A stretch of 57,351 nt of DNA from Octopus bimaculoides (lineage: Eukaryota), in assembly GCF_001194135.2 (NCBI RefSeq), contig NC_068982.1:97326284-97383634 (forward strand). Reading direction: 5' to 3'. The position numbers and the translations under genes are program-made. How positions within the stretch are numbered: position 1 is the stretch's first letter; the number at the start of each line of letters is the position of its first letter. Positions 12,341-26,045 of this stretch are shown here, piece after piece. The notes beneath the pieces are model-generated. The model was not told the DNA's origin, did no database searches, and saw only the letters and a program-made list of their open reading frames with translations.

Positions 12341-12695
12341 CACACAAGTGCACACGCATTCACATATATTGTTTTTTTCAATTTACTCATCTCCGTCATT
12401 AAAGTGCAGCTATGTAGGGCACTATCCCCAAGGGTTTTGTCGATCGTATCAACCCTATTATTATTTCAGATTGATATTTTTTTATCCACTATAGTTGTCG
12501 AACTGCTAAGTTGCAAGACAGAAAAAGACACATATACGAGCAACGCCAATCTTTGAACCATAAACATGTGTGTGTGTGTGTGTATGTATATATAAGTTGT
12601 ATAAGTATTAATGTTCTACATATATTTGTATACACGCACAAATACATACATAAATAATACATATATATATATATACATGTACATACACACACACA

Positions 12696-12735
<40 letters not shown>

Positions 12736-13288
12736 TGTGTGTTTGCGTATATGTGCATTCATATTTGTGTGCGTATGTGTGCATTTGCGTTCGTATGTAT
12801 GCATTTATGTTCGTATGTGTTTTAATGCGCGTGCATGTGTCTCATGTTCGAAGAAGACACTGGCATTCATTTCATAAATGGAAATACACTCAGAATTACG
12901 CCAGCATATATGCATACATTAACTCATTAACACTGAAATATCTCTGAAAATGTCTTGAATCTTTAAAAAAACAAAGCAAAAACGAGCAACATTTTCACTT
13001 TGTAAGCAACCAACTAGAATTCTGCCAGCTTAAATTCCATAGAAAATCATACATACAAACATACATAAATATATGATTCACGATTTTAGTTGCTGGACCG
13101 CGGTCAAACTGGGGTACTGTCTTCACACGTGTTAACCAATTTCATCGATTCCGGTACATTTGTGGTATTTTGTTTTAACGATTTCGTAATTTACAGTTCT
13201 TGTAGACAGGTCGGTGAGAAATAAATACGGCAAAACATTCTTGTTCACCGCACCGATTTAAGTCCCTGTACGCAAATTTACGGGTATA

Positions 13289-13296
13289 CACTCACA

Positions 13297-13379
<83 letters not shown>

Positions 13380-13480
13380 GTATAAAGATATGTATATATA
13401 TGTATGTATAAAGATATGTATATATATGCATATATATGTGTGTGTGTGTGAGTGTGTATGTATATATGTATGTATACATA
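13289..13480. repeat. (CA)n and (TA/TG) microsatellite
   Basis: Direct reading. Confidence 0.95.
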
Positions 13481-14127
13481 CATGGTGATGGCTCTATCTT
13501 CACAGATGATTGCCGTTTCCTTGTCCTTCCTCACTGTCTCGTTGTCAATGGCATTTCTAACTTTCCATTCAGGACCACTCATATGACCATTTCAGTTTCG
13601 TCGTAGACTTGCGTGATTTGAAGTATAGGCGACAGAGGAAAGTTGTAACTTACTTCGCGCCTTCATCTAACTTGGTCTGCACGATTCGTCGCTCTTTCAT
13701 TGCAATGACAAATGAGGCCACCTACAGAGACATCTGTAGACCATTGGATTATAGAAATAAACGCTTGTACAACACGAGTATCACTCACTGAGTCTCTTGT
13801 GACAGGCCGATGTGAGATGACCAGTAATCACATGAAATTGCAGGTCATACATCAGTGTCTTTCTCTCCTAGTAAGATGCCAATATTTGCCAACACATTCC
13901 TACACCTCTCCTCACACCTGATGTCACCCTGATATCACTCAAGGATATTTCTGCGTCTCCGCCCTCAGAGGGATGATCATCATGTAAGCTAGTTAATCCA
14001 TGGCTGGGATCCTGACAGGTGCTACTACTCCAGGTCAGAGTAGAACTGAGAAAAAATTGTAGCTAAAATTGTGGAACTCCCCTGCCGGGGCACTACTACC
14101 GGATGTAGTTTAAAGCTATACCCAGGA

Positions 14128-14370
14128 AATACATACATACATACATACACACATGCATGCATACACAGACATATTCATGCATACATAAAAATAAATAAAC
14201 ATACATGCATGCATACATGTATACGTACATACATACATACATACACACATACTGACATACATAATACATACACACACAGACATATATACATGCATGCAAA
14301 CATACATGTATACGTACGTACATACATACATACATACATACATACATACATACATACATACATACATACA
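14128..14370. repeat. (TACA)n-rich microsatellite
   Basis: Direct reading. Confidence 0.9.
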
Positions 14371-14640
14371 GCGGATGTTAACATAAAGCTGAAGATCAGC
14401 GAAAAGAAAATACCTACGCTGAACTATTGAGAAATCTGCAGTTATTCTATTCAGATTACAAGTTTAGGTTTATACCTGTAATTATTGGAGCCCTGGGATA
14501 TGTAACACACTGCCTAAATACCAATCTTGAGAAATTAGGCTTCTCAAAACCAGAAAGGAGAAAGCTAATTCGAAGACTACAGATGCAATTCATCACTGAA
14601 ACTAAAAATCTGTAAAACTTTCCAGAAGTTTATCATTTAA
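14371..14640 (+). mobile_element. R4/Dong-type (RLE) LINE 3' terminal fragment
   Basis: ADVNIKLKISE/KENTYAELLRNLQLFYSDYKFRFIPVIIGALGYVTHCLNTNLEKLGFS...ICKTF is clearly homologous to the C-terminus of the 38150-38761 ORF. Confidence 0.8.
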
Positions 14641-16025
14641 ATATAGTAGCAAATCTACCCATCTACGATGGAGGCATAAAATGCGGGAGGAAAGTCATGA
14701 CAGCAGTATGTATTGAGAAATGTGTAAATGGACTTGATAGATTACTGGGTGAGGTCTTAGAGAAATCACTTTATTGTTGGTGATACAACATTCTATTGCA
14801 GCTATATGACGTGTTTGCGACTAAGTGACATGTGATGATTCACTCTCGAACTGATGTAGGTTCCTAGCCTCTGTGTCATGAATGGCTATGTGGACCATTC
14901 CTAACGAAAGCCAGAGCTTCCTTCGACCACTACATAAAAAATATTAAGAAAAAATGTTATCTAGATATACTTTTATTTTAGTTGTTTACACAATTTTATA
15001 CATTCAAAATTCACAAATTTCCTTATTTAAATTATGAATCATATTCCTTTCGTAAAATATCAGTATAATTACAAAATTTCTTTGTAGACGATATGTTCTG
15101 TTTGGTCGACACTGATTTAAAAATTACTGGAGTCCGTTGCTCTACTCATAGAAACGTATAACTGGCCGTTTGTAAACATAAAAGTGGGTAAAAAATACAC
15201 TTATACGATCCAAAGTCTGGCTCTGTGCCTTGTTTGCTGTGAATACGCGTGCAGAATCTTTAGGGATGCAAAAAGTCAAACTAAGTCTCACTTCTCACTG
15301 TTCTATGCGAATAATATCTGGATGTTCTGGTACCATGGGTTATTTTGATTGACAAAACTGAGATGTAAACAACAGCCGCTTCAATTAGGTGTTTCGAATC
15401 CTGCTCGAGACTGACACGCTTCAATAACCACTAAATAATCATACACACTATATACTGGCACACGCTTTTTACATTTTATTTTCGCTATTAACCGTCCTCA
15501 CGACCACCTTCGCATCTACGATGGGGCCACGAACTATACGATAAAAATCCAGAGTTACTCGTGGTCGGTAAATTTTTAATAAAAATACGAAGGTAGTTTA
15601 TCAATTCAAAAATCGATATCCACGAAATAATCATACTTCTGATTTTTTAATGTTAAAAACCTTCCTGACAACCGTCTTTGTAATCCAGAAAAATATCGTA
15701 ACCATTGGTCCAGACGGAACAGAGAAAGAGACAAACAGACGGACATGACGCCCATTATAGTAAGAATGAGCATGTCTAGATATGCAACTATGTGCATGAG
15801 AATATATACATAAAACAAAACATACAAATCTGTACATATATATACAAACAAAAATGCCCTGTTGATCATGTTGAAATTCCAATGAAGGAGCCTTAGATCT
15901 AGGTTAGAAACCGGCTCTTTCTCTATTGGCAAGAAATCTTGAAATAAAACTAGACAATGACATACATGCATGCACACATACATGCAAGCGTACATGCATA
16001 CATACGTGCATACATATACAATATA

Positions 16026-16693
16026 CGAGAGGAAGTCAAAAATTATCCGCACTTTCACCATGATATATCTTTGTTATTGTCACATTGCCTTCTATACATG
16101 CTTAGTTATAGTTGGTATTGTTGGGGTCACGTGATCGAAGTTTGAGCTGATCGCGCCATTTTTCTTTCTGGCTTTACAGTGTAAGCATGGCCGCTCAACT
16201 AGCAATGTGCATCAAAGAAGAACAAAGAGCATTGATCCGAGAGATGGTAATGGTGAACTGGTTTCACCATTACCATCTCTCGAGCTTGCTGAATCTTCTC
16301 GTCAGCAGTGGAGGTTGACAGGCGTCCTGTTCCCTCTTCGTGCATCACGCTTGCCCGGCCACTCTTAAACTTCTTGATCCATTCATACACACTTTTACGC
16401 GGTAGTGCCCTGTCCCCATATTGTGCTAAAAGCCTCCGGTGAATTTCAGCACTTGATACACCTTTCGACTAGAGAAATTGGATCACTGCTCTTTGTTCTT
16501 CTTTGGTGCACATTACTAGTGGAGCGGCCATGCTTACAATGTAAAACCAGAAAGAAAAATGGCGCGATCAGGCTCAAAATTCGATCACGTAATCACAACA
16601 GTACCAACTATAAGCACACATGCGCAGAAGGCAGTGTGATAGTAATAAAGATATATTATGGTGAAAGTGTGGACAATTTTTTACTTCCCTTCG
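16026..16693. mobile_element. Fold-back Tc1/mariner-derived non-autonomous element (two left ends)
   Basis: TA-flanked (16024-25 and 16694-95). 16026-16240 is an inverted repeat of 16479-16693. Minus 16531-16263 encodes MAAPLVMCTKEEQRAVIQFL*SKGVSSAEIHRRLLAQYGDRALPRKSVYEWIKKFKSGRASVMHEEGTGRLSTST, the N-terminal HTH region of a mariner transposase. Confidence 0.85.
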
Positions 16694-16813
16694 TACATAC
16701 ACGACTGGATGCCTCACAGCCAGTGTCCACCAAATTCACGCATAAGTTAAACCCGATAGCAGGAGACATTTGACCAAGGTGTCTGTAAAGTAGTGTCTAA
16801 CTCGAAATGATGA

Positions 16814-16864
<51 letters not shown>

Positions 16865-17481
16865 AATGTGAGCGCGTGACAGAAGGAATTTAAAATCAAA
16901 TAAAGACATCAGTCTATCTTATTTCAACGTTTATTAACATTTCATCAGAGATTGGTTACAACCTGAAGAAGACCATAGCTTATGAAGACCAAATGTGTGG
17001 TTTAACCACTTATTCACAGCAATGCTAAATTGTTGTTTCGCTAAAATCACACGCGGGTAAGGCTTGTCATACATTTCTACACACACACACACACACACTA
17101 ACACATAAACATGCAGACATATTTACACACAGGCACACACATATACACACACACAAACACAGACATACAGACACACACTCACACACCACGCACACACATT
17201 TGTTCGTGTATGTTTTTGTGTTTGTATGTAGGAAAGAGAGAAAGAATTACTCTGTGTGTGCATTCGTTTAAAAATATACACATTATGATACCATGAAAGA
17301 GACAAACAAAAGTATTTTAAGATGTACATACATAATCACAAAGATAAATAACAACCAAAAATTTCTAGGGATAGTTATAACAGAATATGTATGTGTATAT
17401 ATATATACGTACATATATACATACATATACATAAACATATATATATATATGTACTTAAAGGTATGTACGTATGTATGAACG

Positions 17482-17532
<51 letters not shown>

Positions 17533-17569
17533 TGCACACATGCGTATTTAAATAAATGTATACATACAT

Positions 17570-17900
17570 AGATGCATAAAAACGTAATCCAGATTGAAGA
17601 AACATTAAGCTCCCAAAGCAACAGACCCATAACCTTCGTGGGTGTAATAAAACATCTTATCTCAAAGAGCAAATGCTCACCTGGAAAAACCAACATACTT
17701 CCAGAAGGAAAAAAGAGACGCTGGAAGCTTGTTATGGATGTAAAGATCGATTATGGATCAATAAAACCATATCTGAAGCCTGTGAGAGAAGAAAGAATAC
17801 TCTGAGAAATGGTATGATTTTATTACCAGAATGTTTTTAACAGTTTTTCGGACTCAAGTATTCTAGAAACCTTAGTCATGCATAAAAGTGCTCCACCTCT
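17570..17900 (+). mobile_element. R4/Dong-type LINE RT fragment
   Basis: ACYGCKDRLWINKTISEACERRKNTL/EMV*FYYQNVFNSF...ILETL corresponds to the GCKDQLLINK...NL.MVWIDY.KAFDSV motif of RLE-clade RTs. Confidence 0.6.
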
Positions 17901-18009
17901 CTCTCACGCTCTCTCACGCTCTCTCCCTTTCTTTCTTCCTTTCTTTCATTCTTTCTTTCTTTTCGTCTCTGTATATATCCCAATGTTTGGAAATACGGTG
18001 TAATGTATT

Positions 18010-19045
18010 CTATTACCAAAGCTGACACCTACTGTGACCCTGCTATCTATTGTTTTATCACACTTATTTCTAGCAATCAAATGTAATGTGGGTAGCCATT
18101 AACGACAACTTGAATCTCTCCTTTCCTTAATGACCGCAAGTGTGGCTTTCGCCATACCAGGTCTACTGGAGACATATTTTCTTATATTACTCATCGGTCG
18201 ACTTTCGCACTCGCGAAATACAGTGAAAATAGTGTTGTCACATTCGACATTAGCAAAGCATTGGCACACATAACTGCTTGCTTATGAGCTCCATCTATAT
18301 CTCCTTCCTCGTATAGTAGGCTTCCTAACAAATCTCACCAGCACTGCGCGTGCTTATGGATTTCTCTTTAATCTATTTTCGGTCAACTTTGATATGTCTC
18401 AAGATTGGCTCTAGTTTTCCACACTGTTCTAGTTTTTCACACTGCTCCATACCACAACGGTCTACATGTCGTCTTTAACAGTATCCATTCCTACGCAGAT
18501 GATATCATCCTCTATAATCTTCTGCACTCGAGCGTCATCCACATGCAACTAAAGAACATCATACAAGAGCTACTCTGACTTCATGAACAGAGCCAGAAAA
18601 TATTTCTCCTCTACAAAGCTGGGGTTGGGACCACGATGGGGTGATGTTGCAGCATCTAGGACGATATTGCTGAAAGTATGAACTGCATAGAAAAAAACAT
18701 TCGATTTGTTGGAATTAAATCAATCGTCAACACATTAAGTTGTTGGAATTAAGTCACATTGTTGGAATTAAGTCAGTCGCCATCATGTCTCCGCTCCCGA
18801 TCTTTTCTACTGATACTACTACTTCAGATTTTGCTGCTCAGAACCGACTGGTCTCGTACACACTTAGGCACTCACGATTCCCTTATCACTTCTCCTTTCG
18901 TCATACATAATGTGTTCACCATAGGTCTTTCATTAACAACTACAACGGTCCTTCCCACCCAAAACGTCAGACTCCGTGGAATCCCAACTAGCGCATGTTC
19001 TCTCTATAGTTGTCTAATTGTAGCTACTCAAATGAGCCATTAACT
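18010..19045 (+). mobile_element. Decayed CR1/L2-like LINE, RT through 3' end
   Basis: NDRKCGFRHTRSTGDIFSYITH...VVTFDISKA, then NSIHSYADDIILY (RT catalytic YADD), then RRHHVS..LFY*YYY..CCSE and SFPPKTS..ESQL in the 3' region. Confidence 0.7.
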
Positions 19046-19299
19046 ATGGTCTTGAAAGGACTGTGAAGGTCATGGGCATAGCCGTTTTCTTCGGATCAAT
19101 CCAGTATTAAAAAATAAGAGGTAGAGCCATGAAGCCTGCGAAATTCAATCAAGTGTGTGTTTGTGTGTGTGTGCGCGCGCGTGTGTGGTGGTGGTGAATT
19201 TCCAATTCGCTACTCCATTTCTGACTGGGGATAACATTTCATGCTAATCCATGCATGCTAATCCAAGCTAAATGCACCACTATAGGACATCAAGCAATC

Positions 19300-20450
19300 A
19301 TCTGACGATAGATGAGGTCCAACTTTACACTACAGATCACAAAAACTGGAAGCCATGTCACATACAACGAACAAATCCGACAAGGAAATTATCATTGAAG
19401 AGTGGGGACTAGAAAGAAAACAATAATATTCTCAATATTGAAACGGAGATAAAATAATACAAGAACCAAACTTACAAGTAGGAGTACAGCATGTACATAT
19501 GAAAGGAAAGATTGCAGGGAAATACCATCTACGCATTAGAACTGAGTCTAGCTGAGAAAAAGAATAATGGCTTAGCTGTACCAGTTAGTGTTGGAATATT
19601 CACAACTGGGTGTTAAGTGAATTAGCAAGTCCGACAAGCAAGGAAAATAATGATTAAATTTATTTAAAATATCTTAACGAAAACCTGACACTGATGATTA
19701 TATTTATCACGAACACAAGGATGTAGAGGGCTATTGCAATTAGAAAACTATTATTAGATATGTACTATTAGGCTATAAAACATATATTGCAAAGAATATA
19801 GAGGCAAATATCACAATTAATAACACACAACATAAACAAAACGAAAGCCTATTTTGTTTTCTGTTCTCAAGGAAGCCAATGAATATAGAAAATAGAAACC
19901 AAAGTAACAAACTATAGTGAGACAAGTGAAGGAAAAAATACAATACATGTGACTAAAAATAAAAAAAAAAGAAAGTAAAAAGAAAAGTCCGGCTCCAAAT
20001 ATTATGCGGAGACGTTGGCTAGAAAAGCCCTTGCATAGTCAATGATAATGAACAAAGTGGAAGCGGATAAAAAAATTAGATCTGATTGAGAAACGCTGGA
20101 TTCAAAGCTGAAGTCGGAATGTTTCTAATAGTAACAAAAGATTAAAGATCTTTCGTGAGAAACTACCGAAGCCCACCAGACTGTAACATGTAACTGCCGA
20201 ATAAGTGGAGGTTGTGATGTTAAAAATCAATCTCATTGTTTTCTAGCAACTTAGTCAAAAGGAATTGAACGATCATGACAGAGTTTTAAAAACGGGAAAC
20301 TATGTCAGTATTATGAAGTCTATTGAAAAGAGTTTATAAAAAAAAAACAAAAAAACACACCCATGCACTTTTCAGAAAACGATGAAATGACTATATCAGG
20401 GGAGGTGTAGATTCATAGTGCTTGGCTAATTAACTGATAATTAGGGTTAT
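19300..20450 (+). mobile_element. Decayed R4/Dong-type LINE, 3' half
   Basis: Fragments GLAVPVSVGIF, WLEKPLHSQ, FKAEVGMFLI and a decayed CCHC region ending ERS*Q/HDRV, in the expected order. Confidence 0.45.
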
Positions 20451-20626
20451 TAAGATAAAACAAAATTAAAAGGAAACTATATTGAAGTGCTACATTACTA
20501 TTACATATCAACACTATATTCAACATTTAGAAGCACTCTAGAAGAGATTTATAAATTAAGGAAATGTGAGGAAATATATATATATATAAACACTTACAAA
20601 TCTACGTAAATTTATAATAAATAATA

Positions 20627-21335
20627 GTCGGCTCCAGCTCGTATCCGAGCATTGTGTTCGTCAGTTTCCATCCAGTCGCCTCGGTTGATGTTTGTGCCGA
20701 AAGTGACTTTGGAGTTCAAGTCGGTGGTGAAAGAGTCATGTGCAGAACTCGCACGAGATGGTCGGTGCAGGTCGAGGGTGTTGAAGACGCTCCTTTCTTC
20801 CCCTGCGTTTTGCCTCTTTCTTCTGTTCTGCTCGACGTAGCAGTCCTCCAGGCTGTCCTATCCGTGGCAATCTGTTCCCATGAGGATGACTGGATGTTAG
20901 TTTGAGCCAAGGTCCGTTAGAGCTGGGTCTTTAAAACGGAATTTCGGACCTCCTCTGGGTTTTGTTCCGATTGCAAGTTCTCTGTAGAACATGATCCTTG
21001 GGAGACGAGAGGGCTCCATACGCTGGAAGTGACCCGCCCAGCGTAGACGATGGCGTAGAATGTTGGCTTCGACACTTGGTAGTGAGGTGCGGTGAATAAC
21101 CTTGTTGTTGGTAACGTGATCTTCCCATTGTATGTTGAGGATCTGTCGTAGCTTCGATTGCTGGAAGCATACAAGGCGCTTGAAGTCACGGCGGTACAAC
21201 GTCCAAGTCTCACAAGCGTAGAGCAGAGTTGACAGGACAATGGCACGGAAGACCATGATCTTTGTCCGGATGGTCAGCGCGTGATTGAAGAATACACGTT
21301 GGCTGAGTCTGCCGAAGGTGGAGTGGGCCGCCCCC
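20627..21335 (-). mobile_element. 5'-truncated RTE LINE (3' end)
   Basis: AHSTFGRLSQRVF...TKIMVFRAIVLSTLLYACETWTLYRR...LRWAGHFQRMEPSRLPRIMFY...RGGPKFRFKD, plus decayed C2H2 finger ISCEFCT*LFHHRLELQSHFRHKH. Possible 11 bp TSD AATAAA(T/C)AATA at 20616-20626 and 21336-21346. Confidence 0.9.
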
Positions 21336-21699
21336 AATAAACAATAACAAGTGTTGAAATATTAAACCCATATGAAAAGACATTGAAATTTAGAAAAAAA
21401 AAAAACCTGCCAACAACCGAATAAACCGGTGCATTGTTGCACAAGGTGACTATTTCGAAGGAAATGATGTTAAAACTTATGTAAATAAGTTATTATTTTT
21501 TTTATTAAACATAACTAGTCCTGGAACTTTTTGATACAAACCATGTACATGCAAAATACATACGATTTCACAAAAGGAAGAAAACTATATAACTGAGATT
21601 GTCAACGCATAGTAATAATGAATACAGCAATGAAAATATAAGAGAACTCACCACAGAAGAAGCAAGCAAAGCATTGTAGCAGATCAATAGCAGAGGAAC

Positions 21700-24420
21700 A
21701 TCCAAAATGTTGAAGTTGTTTAAGCTCGACACGAAGAAGTAGTTCTAAGAAAGACCGAAAAAATATGTCCCTGCAAAAATTCTGTTCACCGATACAAACT
21801 GCTCTAATGTAAATAGACTGAATGATCTAATCTTTACAGTACCTGTCATGGTATCCAGGTAAATCTGGCTCGATCTTAAGAGTCACACCTTTGTCAACCG
21901 AAGATATAAAAAGATGCGTGGGAAATATATTGCATTAAAATAAAAAAAAATAAAAAAAAATGTGGTAAGATCAGACATTGCTTAGCTAGAGATCTAAAGT
22001 GAAAAAGAAAAACAACGAAAATATCAATGAAAAAGACACTCTGGAAGCTAAGGAAGAACTCAAGCAAATCATATTAGCAAAGACGTACAGAATAAGCAGC
22101 TTTGGAAAATATCAGCACTTCTGTAAAGTGAACAAATTATTTTGTTTGAATCAAATATCAAAAGGTTTTACAAGGACATTAATAACAGCCGCCTCTCCAA
22201 AACAATAAAACCGGTGGACACACCAACACCAACGGAAATACAAAGAGGGAATGTATATGAAAAAAAGAAAAAATATTCAGTACAATATGAAACAATAATG
22301 GAACAGAAGGGAAGAGGCAAAAATATAACAATACAGCAAGCATGAGTCACTTTAGCTGGCGATGGCCTTACTAACACAATAACAACAGAAAGTAACTGAA
22401 AAGCTCCTATGATCAACAAGGTCTTTAATTTTTAACCAAGTAACTGAGCAGTATCCATAAGTTATGGTGGCAGAATTCAATGAACTGGTAAACAAGTCAA
22501 AATCAACACAAGAATCGCTACTAGTGGGGAGAACAACATTAATTCACAAAAGCAAAACCACCAGAAACCTTCAGGACTATAGAACAATAACTTGTTTGTC
22601 AACAACAAAGACTTTTTTTTACGTTCAGATTCTACAACAGCTGTTGGTTACTCAACTAAAGTGTAATAATATTTTAACAGGGAAGCAAAAATGATTCCGA
22701 AATAGGATGTATTGCCCTAGGAAACAGTTTCTAGTGAGTCAGGGTATTATATTAGACAGAAAAAGACGAAAATAACCATAGCCTCGCTTGGATTGATTAC
22801 TGAATAACAGTAGTAGAATATCTCACCCTTAGATACTTTAGACATTCCACATAAATAAATCTGCTCCAATATCTACTAGTTACATCAAGCGTACCGTGTC
22901 AAAATTGAGAATAATCAAATCCATATTAGACAAAGAGATAAGTAAAATCAGCCTTAAACTAATAAGAGAAATATGCCAATGGAGTTTATTATCTTATCTA
23001 CTCTTTTACTTAGTGTTGTTTCCATTAAGAAATCTGCTAAATGAAACAATCAATGATGATGCATGTTATGGACAAAATAAACTATCGCCTTTATATGATG
23101 ACTTTAAAATATTTACATGGGAAATATATTACATGGGAAAATATATTAATTAAACTCAAAATTATGAATAATTTCAGCCAAGATATAAAGATGAGTGTGT
23201 GATGAGATACATATGGAAAGCTGCTATAAAAAGAGGAAATTAAATCAGAACAGTTACATTAACTTATGTACAAACATCGAAATTGTAAAAGCATGCAATT
23301 ATATAAAGTGGTCTCACAACACTTATTTTATCGACCTCGAAATGATGGACGGCATAAGTCGACGTTGCGAAATTTGAACTAAGAACATAAAATTGAAAGA
23401 AATAGCGCTAAACATTTTTAGTTTGGTGTGTTAACGATTTTGCCAGCTCACTGTCTTTCGAAACATATTTGTATTAAAACTGAACTAAATACAAGAAATA
23501 AGATACAGTAATAAGCATAAATACACTAGCAATCCCAGTCATAAACTACACCTTCATCATAAGAAACCGGAAGTAAAGCGATTTCAAAAACTTAAATAAA
23601 AAAAGCGTGATCAACACAATTGGAGCACGAATTCTGATACAATAGATAACTAGTACAAATTAATAATAATAATGCTAGAAAAATATTTAGAAACAAGCAA
23701 ACAAAGATTGTTAATTGTCATCAGGAAGCATTGAAGAAAAGGAAAAAAAATATACATATAAGGAAGCAACAATGTGTAAACTAAATACAAATTTAGATCA
23801 GGTGAAAACAAAAGAAAATATTTAAAAAAGTAAGGCAAACTAAAAAACGGTGTTCCAAAATATAATAAAGAAAGACGAAAAATGGAGAAAAGAAAAATGG
23901 AAGAAAAACCACTCTATGACCAATATCCTGTAAGACTTGACAAAGAGGAAGTAAGCCAGAGTGAAAGCTAACAATGGCTCAAAAGCTCTGGTCTAAAAGT
24001 AGAAGCAAGTATGACAAAAATAAAATAATGAAAAAAAAAAGTGTGTTATGTGTTAATATCGAGTGCAGACTTTATAACAAGCACAATGAGACAATTCACT
24101 ACATCATTTTCGGTTGATCAGTGCTTGCCAAGTGTGTGTACATTCACAAACGCATTCGAGCCGGCAGCTATGTTCACTGAGCAATAGGCTAACACTTCGA
24201 TGAGATAAGAAGTTGTATAAATATGTGCCAAATATGGTACACGACAATTGACCAAGGCACAATCATATGGAGCATTTATTCCAGACAGATTAAAAAAAAA
24301 AAACGATCAAGGAAGACTGTCCAGGTACAGTAATCAAGGATTGGATCGAAAATATTTGTACTCTGCTATATATTACGATCCTTTCTGACTTAAACATCAC
24401 TCAGAAGGAGGTGAAGACAC
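21700..24420 (+). mobile_element. Decayed R4/Dong-type LINE ORF (RT to CCHC finger)
   Basis: In order: FESNIKRFYKDI, LLVGRTTLIHKSKTTRNLQDYRTITCLST, REICQWSLLSYLLFYLVLFPL (GDSLSP motif), LYDDFKIF (YMDD motif), EEKPLYDQYP, WLKSSGLK and ECRLYNKHNETIHYII. Interrupted by a SINE piece at about 23320-23460. Confidence 0.7.
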
Positions 24421-24519
24421 TAATAATTTGAAATAAGTCGGGTGTGAGGCATAAAGAAGAAAAGAGTATAAATAACTAGCAGAGATACCCGGCCTTGCTC
24501 GGGATTAAAATGGCATAGT

Positions 24520-25164
24520 TTTTTTTATTGTTTCACTTGTTTCAGGCATGTGACTGCGGCCATGCTGGGGCATCACCTTTGGTCGAATAAATCGACCACA
24601 GGATTTATTCTTTGTTAGCCTAGTACTTATTATATCAGTGTTTTTTGCCGAATCGCTAAATTATGGGAAAGTAAGCACAGCAACATCTGTTGTCAAGCAA
24701 TGGTGGGGGTACAAACACACGCACAAATATACACATATATACGAAAGTGTTCTTTCAGTTTCCGTGTACGAAATCCACAGTCGTTTGACTGCGGCCATGC
24801 TGGAGCACCGCCTTCAGTTGAACAAATCAACCCCAGGACTTATTCTTTGTAAGCCTAGTACTTATTCTATTGGTCTCTTTTGCCGAACAGCTAGGTTACG
24901 GGGATGTAAACACACCAACATTGGTTGTCAAGCAATGTTGGGGGGGGGACAAACACAGACACACACACAGATACACACACACTGACACACATATGTATAT
25001 ACAACGGGCTTATTTCAGTTTCCGTCTACTAAATCCACTCACAAGGCTTTAGTCGGCCTGAAGCTATAATAGAAAACACTTGCCCTAGGTGCCACGCAGT
25101 GGGACTGAACCCGGAACCATGTGGTTGGTAAGCAACATTCCAATCACACAGCCACTCTTGCGCC

Positions 25165-25165
<1 letters not shown>
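24520..25165 (-). mobile_element. Two tandem SINE family A copies (truncated 24520-24780, full 24781-25165)
   Basis: Reverse complement of the 43221-43646 sequence. The tRNA-like head is at 25080-25165. Confidence 0.85.
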
Positions 25166-25214
<49 letters not shown>

Positions 25215-25431
25215 GCACATGCCGACAGTAATTACTCAGGGTAGGCAATTGGTGACTTTCATGTAGTAAAAACACAAAAAAATAGGCGAAACGCAGGCGT
25301 GTTTCGATTGGTTTCGATTAGCCTACTCTGCCACAATGGCTTCACATGACTTGGCAGAAGGGTGCAGTTTTTTATACTTGTACCCAGGAGTAGTTAAGTC
25401 GATTACACCAACTCAGTACTGAACTGGTACT

Positions 25432-25577
25432 TTCATTTAACGTCCGTTTTCCAAACTCGCATGGGTTGGACGGTTTGGTAGGGGCCCGTTAGCCAGAAGA
25501 CTGCACCAGACTTCACTGCCTGTTTTGGCAGGGTTTTGTGTCTGGATGCCCTTCCTAACACCAACTACTTTACAGTG
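25432..25577. mobile_element. Short dispersed repeat fragment (RTE-tail-like)
   Basis: TTTAACGTCCGTTTTCC...GGGTTGGACGG...CTGGATGCCCTTCCTAAC resembles RTE-associated SINE/LINE 3' ends. Assigned from recollection of family style only. Confidence 0.35.
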
Positions 25578-25642
25578 ATATATATATATATANNNNNNNN
25601 NNNNNNNNNNNNNNNNNNNNNNNNNNNNNNNNNNNNNNNNNN

Positions 25643-25718
<76 letters not shown>

Positions 25719-25831
25719 GCACTCGTACATAAATATACATACATACTAATGCCGATTTTATGTTAAGTTATAATAAAAACAATTTTATATTAAACTGAAG
25801 GATTACTCAGTACTTTTTGTAGAGTACATAG

Positions 25832-25909
25832 TTATTATTCGTTAACAAGAACTGCGCTGACAGTCACTTCAAAGTCACTGACAACACTATTCTTGTTAAA
25901 GAATAATAA
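25832..25909. repeat. 78 bp imperfect palindrome, family HH-3
   Basis: 36 bp arms (29/36 complementary) around TTCAAA. The right arm matches 6363-6404 in reverse complement. Confidence 0.7.
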
Positions 25910-25986
25910 ATATACATATATGCGCATACATGCATAAGTATACATACATGTATATAATATATATAAACACACTTACATATACATAT

Positions 25987-26045
<59 letters not shown>

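Noticed and set aside
13480-14125. LINE- or SINE-like complex sequence
   Set aside because: No diagnostic protein motif could be read; left unassigned.
14851-14915. CTGATGT...hairpin...CGAAAG
   Set aside because: A9 is missing, stem II is irregular, and no stem I or III pairing was found.
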